Part shown: in pieces, positions 9,699 to 21,892 of the stretch | How the letters are laid out: each line of letters opens with the position of its first letter | How positions within the stretch are numbered: the stretch's first letter is position 1 | Assembly: GCA_023205875.1 (NCBI GenBank) | Contig: CP060765.1 | Coordinates: 124,001 to 188,000 of the forward strand | Reading direction: 5' to 3' | Source of the DNA: Chloropicon primus | Lineage: Eukaryota | Length of the DNA: 64,000 bases | Made by a program: the position numbers and the translations under genes | The notes under the pieces: model-generated | Database searches by the model: none | Seen by the model: only the letters and a program-made list of their open reading frames with translations | What the model was told of the DNA's origin: nothing

Positions 9699-11579
9699 AT
9701 GGGGTTGGGGATGGAGAGGCGGAGGGCATTGGTGTTCGTGATCGACGAGAGGCTCCCTGCGGATGTCAAGGAAGAGGCACGGGGTCGGATCGAGGAGCTC
9801 AAGCGGAGGGAGTCTCGGCATGTGATACGGTGTTGGCCCGGCGACCAAGGGAAGGTGGCCGAGGACCTCGTCGGACCGAGGCCTGCGAAGGGGAACGGCA
9901 GTCGGACCGAGGGGGAAGGTCTGGATTCTATCGCGGGCCTGGCGCAAGGCATTCGCCCGAGGGGGGGAGGCCCGGTGAAAGGAGCAGGAAAGGGGTCTGT
10001 GGTGAAGCTCGAGGGGTGTGGCGACTGCTCGCCGTCTCCGGCCGCGCGCTCTGTTGAAGTGGACGAGCTGGACTTGGTCTGGTTTGCGCACAAGGTGTCG
10101 TGCAAGGCGCCCATACCGGTCGAGGATCTCCACGCGTACACCCTGCTGAAGGAAACACGGAAGAAGTTCCCAAACTCGGTGAGACACGTTGTGACGACGC
10201 AGGAGCCCACAGAGGAGGGCCTCGCGCACTGGACGAGTCTTCTAGACTTGTCGAGGGTTCGCTTGGACTGCAGCGAGGCTTTGGACGGCCTGTTCTCGGG
10301 GCTTGCATCCGAGATCCTGTGGCGGGGAAACGGCGTGTTTAACGGGAAGGGAGGCCACCGGACAGAGGCAAAGATTGATCTGGTCAGGGTGGCAGAGCAA
10401 AGGGACGACGGGGACTCGGGCCGGAGCGAGGAAGAGGCGGGGGGGGATCAGGGGCGGTCTGCGGCGGTGAGCACCTCGATGTCTTTCGATCTTGAGGTGG
10501 TTCCCCTCGGCTGCGTTCCCTTTCACCGGTTGACGTCTATGCTTGGGCACGTGAAGGTGGTGGCAGGAGACGAGGGCATCCAAGGCTGGTTTGAAAGGAT
10601 CGGGAGTCTGCGGGCGGCCTCGGCCCCCAGCGCAAGCGCAAAGCAGGGCGGGCCTACGATGTGCATCCTTATCAATCAATCGAGCTGCGGGTCGCCGCTG
10701 GTGCTGATTCCCGCGGAGGAGAAGGGGCCTGGGGTCTTCTCGCTCATCGAGCTTGCGCCTAACCGGGGGAATCCCCTGTTGCCTCACTCCCAGCTGCTTT
10801 CGCAGAATGCGGAGGGAACCGCGCCCGTCGATACGAGCGAGGAGACCGCTCGGGAGCAGGATCTGGTTGTGGATTGCATCATCAGGAGGGAGGGGGAGAA
10901 GTCCTCTGAGTTGCACAGGAGGTGGCCAGAATTCTTCGCCCTGGCGAAGGAGGCGGGGGACAGGAGGCAGGTGGATGGGGCATCTGCGAGTGGGGGGGCT
11001 CGCCCTCCAGGCAAGAAGAAAGAGAAAATCTCTGGGAAGATGCTGCTCTTCAATTCTTACAAAGAGAAGGTTGCCGCCATCGAAAAGTATTTCAATGACG
11101 ATGGAAGCATAAAGGACTCGTCCATGCCTGTGCTTTGCCCGGGGGGCGCGAATGAAAGGAAACAACCCTCCGAGCCTGATTGCTCGGCAACGCTTTCGCC
11201 GAGATCGAAGCTGAGATCCGGGTGGGTGTACGAGAGGCGCAGGCAGTTGCAACTCGTGGCCGCCGGCACCAGCAGCAGCAGGAGGTACGATGGCCACGGG
11301 GTGAATTATTTCGTCGAAGCGAAACAGAAGGGCGAGGGTGGCGGAGTGAGCGAAAGGACGTCATCCAGACTGAAAAGAAGGAGAAAGGAGAAGGCTGTCA
11401 CGACAAACTCGAACCCAGTCTCGAAAAGGACCTTGAGGAAACCTCTCCTGGCGACGACCAGAAAGAGTGACCACGAGGCGGCGAAACCCAAGCCGGCGAA
11501 GAAGGCGTCGGAAACAGCAGCGAAAAGTCTGAAGAAAGTGAAAGTGCGGAGAACGTTGGACTATGCCGCGGCGTTGTGA
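9699..11579 (+). CDS. Uncharacterised ~625-aa protein, candidate MTBP/Sld7 homologue
   Basis: Long ORF (ATG at 9699 or 9711). Collinear short motifs WPE, KYFNDDG, LSPRSKL, HGVNY and SRLKRR resemble the MTBP mid-region. Basic C-terminus. Confidence 0.55.
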   Translation: MGLGMERRRALVFVIDERLPADVKEEARGRIEELKRRESRHVIRCWPGDQGKVAEDLVGPRPAKGNGSRTEGEGLDSIAGLAQGIRPRGGGPVKGAGKGSVVKLEGCGDCSPSPAARSVEVDELDLVWFAHKVSCKAPIPVEDLHAYTLLKETRKKFPNSVRHVVTTQEPTEEGLAHWTSLLDLSRVRLDCSEALDGLFSGLASEILWRGNGVFNGKGGHRTEAKIDLVRVAEQRDDGDSGRSEEEAGGDQGRSAAVSTSMSFDLEVVPLGCVPFHRLTSMLGHVKVVAGDEGIQGWFERIGSLRAASAPSASAKQGGPTMCILINQSSCGSPLVLIPAEEKGPGVFSLIELAPNRGNPLLPHSQLLSQNAEGTAPVDTSEETAREQDLVVDCIIRREGEKSSELHRRWPEFFALAKEAGDRRQVDGASASGGARPPGKKKEKISGKMLLFNSYKEKVAAIEKYFNDDGSIKDSSMPVLCPGGANERKQPSEPDCSATLSPRSKLRSGWVYERRRQLQLVAAGTSSSRRYDGHGVNYFVEAKQKGEGGGVSERTSSRLKRRRKEKAVTTNSNPVSKRTLRKPLLATTRKSDHEAAKPKPAKKASETAAKSLKKVKVRRTLDYAAAL

Positions 11580-11654
11580 GTTCCAAAAAACATTTTTAAC
11601 TGGCACCCATGTAGCACACACGCTCGTTGTTATTGCTTCTTCTTCTCGGTTTCC

Positions 11655-12962
11655 TCACTTCCTCCAGTTGTCAGAAGTCTCCCTGTCGTAGTCCTTTGGG
11701 TCTTCCCACCACGTGCAAGTCTGGTAACCCGTTCGAAGGAACTTCAAGGCAGGAGTTTCGTCTGACTTGAGACCCATCTCCTCCATCATCGTTTCCTTGG
11801 CCTCGAAAAGCGTGTAACGGTCCTCGCTGCTTCTGATGGGCCTGTACTTCCTCCCGCCAAGCTTTTCCTCCAAGAGCACCTGCCAGTCCCCAGGGTACTC
11901 CCTGTAAATGGCGCCGCTGTAATTGACCAAGTACGGAGACTCCGTGATGGTCTTCGAGTAGTCCCTCTGACGTATGAAGTAGACTGGCTTGAAGGACGAC
12001 AAGAATTCCCAGTGCATCTCTTTCGGGGGGAAGGCGATCAGCCCCAGGTCGCCCCTCAGCGTCTCAAGCTCGAGGTTCATCAAGATCACCGCAGGCTCGT
12101 TCTCTACGGGTCTCTCCCAGGTGGTCGACTTCGCTCTCGTGTCATAATAGTAGCTCCTGCCGCTCTTCTCGTCCTTGTACTCCTCCCAGCCCAGCGGAAT
12201 AGAGCCCCCTTGCTCCTCGAGCAGCGCTTCCCTCTTCTTGTTCACAAAGTCTCTGAGGTCCAGGAGCTCGGAGCAGCTCGCGTTGATGACGATGTACGTG
12301 TTCGCCTCGTCGTCCAACTCCTTGCTTTTCTGTCCTCCCTGGCCGTCCAAGAACGAGAACGCGCTCTTTACGCCCTCGATGGCGTCGGAGATGACGTCCC
12401 CCCTCCCCGTGAGGGAACCCAAGGAGATGTTCTCGTACATATCGAGCGCCTGGCCAAAAATTTTCTCCGCCCTCCGGACCTCGTTCTCGTCCGGCAGGAT
12501 GATCTTCACCTTCCTCTCGTACTCTTGCAGCACGCGGCCCAGCGCGATCGCGAACTGGACGTTGGCATCGATGTAGACGTCCGAGGAGTTCTTGTAAGCG
12601 TCCGACTCAAGGACGGGTGGGAACTCCACCTCCATCCTCGTCAAGTTATCCTTCAAGCCCAGCAGCACCGACTTGGCCATGTTGTTCACGATATCCGTGT
12701 AGTTGTCCAAAGCGATTGTCGTCGTGGACGGCATCGGCGAGCTCTCGTTCGTCTTCTGGGAACACCTCAAGGGCGCCACAACCTTCCTGGACCTTGCTGC
12801 CTCGCCACCACCGAGCACGAGGAACTTGGAGGAAACATCGTCTCTTGAGGCGGACCTCTCTCCCCTTCTCGTCGAAAGCGAGGAAAGCGCCCTTCGTGAA
12901 GGAGCTCTCGCCCTTCCAACGGAGCCGCAGCTGCACACCGACTGCCCCCTCGTCGACATCAT
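11655..12962 (-). CDS. LPA3: LPA3-like DUF1995 plastid protein with an inserted WW domain
   Basis: RMEVEFPP..YKNSSDVYIDANVQFA, NLELETLRGDLGLIAFPPKEMH and YSGAIYREYPGDWQV, plus a transit peptide. WW motif at 12108-12200. Confidence 0.85.
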   Translation of the reverse strand: MMSTRGQSVCSCGSVGRARAPSRRALSSLSTRRGERSASRDDVSSKFLVLGGGEAARSRKVVAPLRCSQKTNESSPMPSTTTIALDNYTDIVNNMAKSVLLGLKDNLTRMEVEFPPVLESDAYKNSSDVYIDANVQFAIALGRVLQEYERKVKIILPDENEVRRAEKIFGQALDMYENISLGSLTGRGDVISDAIEGVKSAFSFLDGQGGQKSKELDDEANTYIVINASCSELLDLRDFVNKKREALLEEQGGSIPLGWEEYKDEKSGRSYYYDTRAKSTTWERPVENEPAVILMNLELETLRGDLGLIAFPPKEMHWEFLSSFKPVYFIRQRDYSKTITESPYLVNYSGAIYREYPGDWQVLLEEKLGGRKYRPIRSSEDRYTLFEAKETMMEEMGLKSDETPALKFLRTGYQTCTWWEDPKDYDRETSDNWRK

Positions 12963-13584
12963 CCCTTTCTCTCTCTCTTCGCACGACGATGAGCTTCACC
13001 TCGAGTCAGTCACTACTGGAAGATGCCGATGCGTTTTAGAACGTCTGGCAAATCCTCGTCACGACGTCGATCCTTTCGAGCGAGGTACCGACGGAAAGAT
13101 CACAGGACCACGCTTCTGCTTGTTTCCCTCGTCTTGGACGCCCTCGCCGTCCTCGACGCTCGTCGCGACGCGTGTCACTCACCTCTACCGAAAAAATTAA
13201 CACAATAACAGGGAGAAACTTTCAGTCAGTCCGTCGTCAAATCTTCCACAGAACGTCATTCCTTTCAAGCGAGGAGTCTTTCGAAAGCTCGAAGGACATG
13301 AATTCTGACTGCAACCATCTCGACCGTTCCGAGTGTCGTCCTCGTCCTCAAAACGTCGTCCGAAGACTCACCTCTCCTCTCCACCAAGAAACGAAGATCT
13401 CTGTCCACGAATGGATAGAATTCTAACATTTCCGCGGCCCGGCGGAAAATTCCCCCCAAAAAAAATCGAAATAGGTTTCAAGGAATCGGAATCGGCACCG
13501 AGGGGAAGAGAGGGGAGGCAAAGCAAGCGCCTTGGGGGTCGATCAAGACCGATACTTGGACGAAGGGGTTCACCGCTCGAAAGG

Positions 13585-13867
13585 TTGTCTCTTGGGCGTT
13601 CCAAAGATACCAACTTTGCTGAGGTTTCGTCACGAGAAGTGGTCTTTAGTTGACGCACAAGGTGGAGGACAAGGAAACAGAGCTGTGGAGGCAGAGAGGG
13701 GCAAAGGTTTCTTCTTGAGGGTCCATCGGGGCCAAGTTTTCCGCGAGAGTCTGCACACTTTGACAGCTTGTCTCTTGGGAGCTCCAAAGATACCGACTTT
13801 GTTGAGGTTTCGTCGTCGAGACTCCAGTGGTACCACTCACACACAAGGCGCGGAGGTGGAGGACAGG
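13585..13867. repeat. Degenerate direct repeat, two copies, 183-bp period
   Basis: ttgtctcttggg..tccaaagatacc.actttg.tgaggtttcgtc at 13585 and 13768, each followed by cacaagg..ggtggaggaca. Confidence 0.85.
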
Positions 13868-14028
13868 AGCAGGTGTGGTGGTGGTGGCAAGTTTCCTGCG
13901 CCAGCGAGGGATGGAGAGGCAGGTGGTGAGGGGAAAGGAGCAGTTGCAATCGTTCTAGGCGCGATCTTCAGAAGAATTTTTGTTCCCTCTTTCTCTCCTA
14001 CGGAGGAGGTAGCGTCCGTCTTCCCACT

Positions 14029-16222
14029 ATGTACAAGTCAGCCTTTAAGCTTTACCTCAGCGACCCCGTTCACGCGGGACAGGCCACGATAGGCTGCTTC
14101 AACGGGAGCTCCCTGTCCCTCACGTGCGTGACGAATGCAGGAAAAGTCTTCGTGCACACGCCTCAGGCGACCAACATCGATGGGGACAACCAAGTCAAGT
14201 ACCTGAACGTCAACAAGCAGATCAGCTGCATAGCGTCGGGCACGATAGATCCTATGCTGAGGAGGGACGTCCTGCTTATCGGAACGCCGAACAACCTCCT
14301 GGCATACGATGTGGAGGAGAACAGGGATCTCTTCTTCAGGGATGTGCCCGATGGAGTCACGAGCTGCCTCGTTGGAAAGCTCGGCAGCCTGAGCACCAAC
14401 TTGGCACTTATCGGAGGAAACTGCTCGGTCCAGGGCTTTGACGCCAAGGGAAGCGAGGCGTACTGGACGGTCACTGGTGACGTGGTGTCGGCCATGGCCT
14501 TTGCCAACTTCACAAACAACCCGGGCAAGGAGCTTTTGGTAGGATCCAAGGACAATGAAATCAGAATCTTTCAGAACGAGCAGGTGATAGAGGAGATCCT
14601 AGAGATAGACGAGATCACGGGCTTGTGCCCGGTGTACAGCTCCAAGGTAACTGGCCCAGAGTCCTTCCACTTGGATTGCACCAAAGATACTGACTTTTTC
14701 TTCGTCCCCGTCCTTGTTTTTGTGCTGCTCTTTCAAGTTCGGCTACGCTCTGTCGAACGGGACCATAGGAATATACAACAGCTCGAGGAGGGTGTGGAGG
14801 GTCAAGAGCCGGCACACGCCCAAGTGCATCAACAGTTTTGACCTGAATGGCGATGGGGTCCCGGAGCTCCTGAGCGGCTGGTCGAATGGCAAGTTCGAGG
14901 TGAGGTCCGAGAAGTCGGGAGAGACGCTGTTCAAGGAAAACTTCAGTGCCCCGATATCCTCGGTGCTCTGCGCGGACTTCAGGAGCAACGGGAGGGAGGA
15001 GGTCATTTGCATCACCGAGGATGGCGAGGTGAAGGGGTACTTGCAGGCCGACTCCACCATCGGGAAAACGATCGAGGACTCGAAGAAGAGCGCGGAGAGC
15101 TTGAGCCAGCTGCAGCACCTGAGGACGGAGCTGCAGCAGGAGATCAAGATGTACCAAAACGCAAACTTCCAGGCGGAGTTCTCCAATCCCGGTCAGGCCA
15201 AAGTGGACACGAAGATCTCCGTGTACATCGAAAAGATGCAGGGGGACTACTCGCTGAGGCTCGTGATCAAGTCCGCGAAGACCACGGCGATCAAGGCGGT
15301 CGTCGTGGAAGCGGATGGCATCTTTGCCAACGAAGTGACGTTCTACCCTTTCCCCGAAGAGAAGGACACTGCATTTTTCCCGGTGACTCTGATCAGCCGC
15401 ATGGCTTGCGTGATCTCCATGAAAGTTTTGCTAGGCTTCCCGCTCAGCAACTTTTACCATGCCGTGAACGCCGAAATTCATTTGGGCAAGTTCACGTCGT
15501 TCGTCCCCGCGCCTTCGGACCTCCGCAGCAACTTTCCTGCGTCTTACGTCAAGTTCAAGGTGAAGGACACGATACAAAGATTCGTCTCTTGGGTCGACGC
15601 GGCGTTCCAGACCAACCTCACGAGCACGACGAACTACAACAAGGACACCTTTGAGATGGGCTTCGTGTCCTCGATCAACAAGATGCCTTTGGTCCTCACT
15701 TTCAATGCAAACGAGTCGATCATCGTCATCTCCACCGATGACATGAGCCTGGCCGGCGAGGTCGTGCAGGACTTTGCTTCCTTCTTGGGAATATCGGAGC
15801 TGGAGTCAGTGAACGACTTTCCAAAGGAGATGGAAGAGTTCCAAGGCGTGCTGCAAGATGTTGAGAGCTACAACGCGGTAAGGTTGACGATATCGGCGGA
15901 TGTGGCGGACAGAACTGGGGCCATCAAGGAGCTTGTGATCAAGGGGGAGGAAGCGAGAATCCTTCAGAACATGAGCGCGGTGAGGGAGAATTATCGCCAA
16001 CTGTTTCACTTGAACAAGGACATGGTCGCCGAGCACGAGAAGAAAGCTCTTAACCACAAGGCCCTCGTGGACTCCCTGAAGAAGGTGAACAACATGATCC
16101 AAAAAGCATCAAACCTTCGCGTGGGCAAGGCCAAGTCCGCGCTAGTCACCTCCTGCAGGGCAGCCATCAAGGCGAACAACATGAGAACGCTCTTCAAGCT
16201 GATCAAGCAAGGGACTGCCTAA
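14029..16222 (+). CDS. BBS2: BBSome subunit BBS2
   Basis: GKVFVH, LLAYDVEENRDLFFRDVPDGV, GGNCSVQGFD, WTVTGDVV and a C-terminal IQKASNLRVGK...CRAAIK. Exons 14029-14646 and 14738-16222; intron 14647-14737 joins SK|FGY in frame. Confidence 0.93.
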
Positions 16223-16479
16223 AGAGGAGAGGCAGAGGCAGAGGAAAGGCAGTGCAGTAACGTGGCGGGTGGCGGGGGCAAACCAACAAGCCATATAGAT
16301 GTAACATAACCACAGAGCAGCGCAGAGGGCAGGCCAAAGGAAGGAGGGGAACCATCCAGTACTGGTAATGTAATGTAGAACAACAAAATTCTTGATTAAA
16401 AAAGAAAAAAGGTTTTAGGGAATTATAAGGATCATCCTCTGAAATGACGATGATCGTAGACAACTTGGTCAGAAAAGGC

Positions 16480-18326
<1,847 letters not shown>

Positions 18327-19307
18327 GTTTTACTGACTGTGGTTGGGTCGAAGAGCTTAACTTGAACGCAAAGGTTGTCGCTTGTTTGACTTGTGTCCGC
18401 TTGTCGCCAAGTGGTTCGTGAAAGTGAGCGACTTTCGTCCCTGGCGTCCTCCGTCAAATTCTTCCCCAATTCTTCCAAAAATTCCACAACGTATGGGGCC
18501 AAACCAACACGGGATTACTACTCTCCCTTGACAAAAAACAAAAACAAAAACAAAAAAAGAAAATATCAAAAAAAGTCTCAGGTTTCGTACATTCCTGTAC
18601 CAATTCCACATTAACACGAACCACAGCACTTTGTAATCCGTTGTAACCTCCTTTCTCTCTAACGGGAAAGTGGGTGAGGCGAACGTGTGCATTTACTACA
18701 CGAAAGGCCAGGTTCCCAAAAAACAAGGTCAAGGCCTGGCGGCGAGCCATGCCCTCCAGTGCAATCACCATCCTTTGCCAAGGCAAGCTTGGAACAAGCA
18801 GGAGAGTCAGCAGCATGTTCGACGGTGGAGTCAAAGAACGAAGCAACACAGAGAGAACAACAGAGAGAACACAGAGCGGCTTGGCTCCACAGAGGAGCAC
18901 AGGTTGTCAACAGGTTTCTTTTGTTTTGGAGGGAGAAATCTTTTCCCCTCCAGTTTGAATTTTCCTCCCTTGGCCGCTCGTTTGAATTTGAATTTTTTAG
19001 AAAGAATACTGCTGCTGCTCTCGGCTCTCGGCTCTCGGCTCTCTCTCGCCTCGTGTCACACGAGTCTCGTGTGTGTGTGAAAGATTCGATGAGATTCTTT
19101 GTGAAGTCTGCTTATAACGTCCGTCTTCCCTGGCTTGATGAAAGAAAATCGGTGGGGTGGCCCTCAACTCCCTTCTCCTCTCTTTCCTCTGACATGAAGG
19201 AACCCCTCTCAAACCAGCACACGTGCAGGATGGTTTGACAACAATTATTTGTTTATTAAAAGCAAAAGCCTTTTCGCACTTTTCTTTTTATCCCTTTTTG
19301 GGTTCCT

Positions 19308-20987
19308 TCATGGAGCTGGCCCTTCTTCTTCTTCTTCTTCTTCCCCCTGCTGCAAGGGATTGTAAGCTTTCAGGAGGTAGGCTCCCGCGGGATGAAAGAG
19401 GTGGCCCACGAGCTTTGCTTTCATGTGCACCGGGGCGACAGCGAACATGGACAAGGCAAAGAACAGGAGCTGGTTCGAGTTGAGGCTCGAGGACAGGAAC
19501 CCCTTCCACAGGCCCTCGGGGAGGGAGAAGAACGCCAGGAAGAAGTCGTTGATGCTCTTGACGTCCATCAGGGCCAGGAGCTCCATGCCAAAGATGTGAA
19601 ACGCGGCGCACTTCCTCTTCTCGTCGGACCAAAGGCTGTTCCACGCCAGGGCGGACGCCTCCTCGGTCCAGCCCGAGCCGCTCCTCCTGTCGTAGATGCC
19701 CATGACGTCCCTCGCGAATTCGGGGGCCCCCTTCAGACTCCTCGCGACGGAGTACCCGCTCGCCGGGTGAATCATGTTCGCAGTGGCCCCGTACGCCAGA
19801 GTCCTCTGGCTGGAGTCCGGCAGCGGGCCGCCCACTGGGATGTAAGACCACTCCTCGTCCAGAACCGCCTTGACCTTCACCCCCAGGGCGTTCAGCCTCG
19901 TCTCCAGCCTCCTCTTGAGCACGCTGAAAGGCACCGCGTCCTTGGCCACCAGGCAGGTCTCCTGGAAGAACGCCTTGTTGCCCCCCAGGGGCATGGCGTA
20001 AAGGAAGGAGGGGACCTCCCTCCTCGTGCCCCAGGAGGACTCCTCCTGCAGGGCCCTCGTCATGCCGGGGTGGAGAGCCTTCCCCTGCCACACGCCCGAG
20101 TGGTGCCTCCTGAAGTCCATGAAGTGCATGGCGGAGGAGTCAAAGGGGTAAGAATCCACCTCGACCTCAAAGCCGTACGCGGTCTGGGCCCCCGCATCGG
20201 GTACGCCCTTCTCGTAGTCCAAAAACGCAGTGCTCGCGGCGCCGGACGCGAGGATGGCCACGTCGCAAACGAAGCTGGCCCCGCTCTTGCAGCGCACGGT
20301 GGTCAACCCCTGGCCCTCGCCGTGGTCGATGCCCCGGACTTGCCCCTCCTCGAAGACGACCCCGGCCTCCTGGCACCGGCTCAGGAGGTGGTCCTGCAGC
20401 TTGTCCAGGTCGACCTTGGCGTACCTTCGCCCCACGTTCACAAACCCCTTCTCGCCGTCCCCAAAGTGGGAGATGGCGTCGTCGAACACCTTCTCGACGC
20501 AGCCCTCCAGGCCCAGCTCCTCGAACTCGTCCATCCACACGCCGTACGTGTTCACGAAGGGAACGTCCGGGCCGATCAGGCCGACCTTGACGGCCCCGCC
20601 CCTCTTGGCGGACTCCTCCGCGAGCGAGGACGCGAGGGCCATCCCCGCGGGGCCGCACCCCACGACCAGCACGTCCACCCCCCCGTCGCCGCCGAAGCCC
20701 TTCAGAACCGAGCCAAGCTTCCGTATTTGAGTCCTCTTGCTCGTCTTGGCCGCCTGCTTCAGCAGCCACCTCCTCTCGGTGCCCCCGCTGCGAATGAAGT
20801 CGTTCACGCCCCTGTACTCCTCGGCGTCGCCCCGGCTCGTGCCAGCCACCTCGGGCGCGGGCGACCTCCCCCCCTTCTCCGCCACCGCGCGACCGCCGAC
20901 CCGACGGCACCCCCTGCCGTGCCGCCCCACCCCGCACCACCTCGACCGCGAAGGAGCCCCTCGCGCGCACCTCCTCCCCACAGCCAT
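19308..20987 (-). CDS. LCYE: Lycopene epsilon-cyclase
   Basis: FAD motif VVGCGPAG. GLIGPDVPFVNTYGVW is epsilon-type, not beta-type. Also FLYAMP, ETCL, EEWSYIPVGG and HPASGYS. Confidence 0.85.
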   Translation of the reverse strand: MAVGRRCARGAPSRSRWCGVGRHGRGCRRVGGRAVAEKGGRSPAPEVAGTSRGDAEEYRGVNDFIRSGGTERRWLLKQAAKTSKRTQIRKLGSVLKGFGGDGGVDVLVVGCGPAGMALASSLAEESAKRGGAVKVGLIGPDVPFVNTYGVWMDEFEELGLEGCVEKVFDDAISHFGDGEKGFVNVGRRYAKVDLDKLQDHLLSRCQEAGVVFEEGQVRGIDHGEGQGLTTVRCKSGASFVCDVAILASGAASTAFLDYEKGVPDAGAQTAYGFEVEVDSYPFDSSAMHFMDFRRHHSGVWQGKALHPGMTRALQEESSWGTRREVPSFLYAMPLGGNKAFFQETCLVAKDAVPFSVLKRRLETRLNALGVKVKAVLDEEWSYIPVGGPLPDSSQRTLAYGATANMIHPASGYSVARSLKGAPEFARDVMGIYDRRSGSGWTEEASALAWNSLWSDEKRKCAAFHIFGMELLALMDVKSINDFFLAFFSLPEGLWKGFLSSSLNSNQLLFFALSMFAVAPVHMKAKLVGHLFHPAGAYLLKAYNPLQQGEEEEEEEGPAP

Positions 20988-21080
20988 CGTCCACACCTCC
21001 ACCTCCTGCCCCGTGCCTCTCAATCCCAAACCTCCTCCACCGGTCTCGTCACACGAATCCTCACCAGTCGGTCAAAGATT

Positions 21081-21762
21081 TCGACCGAGGACTCGACAGA
21101 AAGAAGACTACCTGACCTTTCCGCCTCCCAGTCGACCCCCTCGCCCCCTCGCGCCCTCCTCGCGCCCTCCTCGCCCTCCTCAAGCTCCCCTCTCCCTCTC
21201 AAACTCCCCTCTCCCTGGCGACTCCCTCCGACGTTTCCCGTCCTCAAATCCTCACCTGATCACCTCCACCCTCGAGCGAGGGCTCTATCGAAAGCTGGCG
21301 AGATGATCCTTCTGAATCCTTCGCCTTCTTTCCGCTCCACGCGTCCCCTTTGTCCTTCCTCACCCTCCAAAAAACCCCCTCTCGCTCCTCGACCCTCCTC
21401 TCTAGGATTCTAGGATGATTCTGGATAAGGTTCTGGCTCCTTATTGGAGGATTGGATCTCGTTGGAGGACACACTTCTCGAGGAAGAACGCGACCAAGGT
21501 AGGACGAGGGACGGAGACAAGGCACGCGATGGGGTGATACATGAATGAACCACGTTTTTTCTCTTTCGAAAGACACCTCGTTCGAAAGATTTGAACCAGA
21601 AATGAGGTTTGTATTGACGATTTAGTCTCATCTTCTCACCTTTTGACTCCATGACGCAGGTAAGTATCGTCCAAGATAGGGGAGAGGGAAGCGGTGAGGG
21701 GAGGTGGAGGGGTGTTGTTTTAAATTATCATGCCACGTGCTTTCGAACGGCACCTCGCTTGA
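21081..21762. promoter_or_regulatory. Divergent LCYE/CPX1 promoter with four phased copies of a 23-bp motif
   Basis: + copies at 21081 and 21272, - copies at 21563 and 21740; consensus TCRAGYGAGG-N7-SGAAAG. Confidence 0.6.
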
Positions 21763-21892
21763 GCGATTGGGACCGCTGTCGAGGATGGCAGAAGACTGAG
21801 ATACCCATTTTTTCGTGTTTTTCTCGCGTGTTCTCCCACCATGGCTTGGTGCTTGGCTTGGTGCTGTGCTGCTGCTCGATGGCAGTGAGGCG

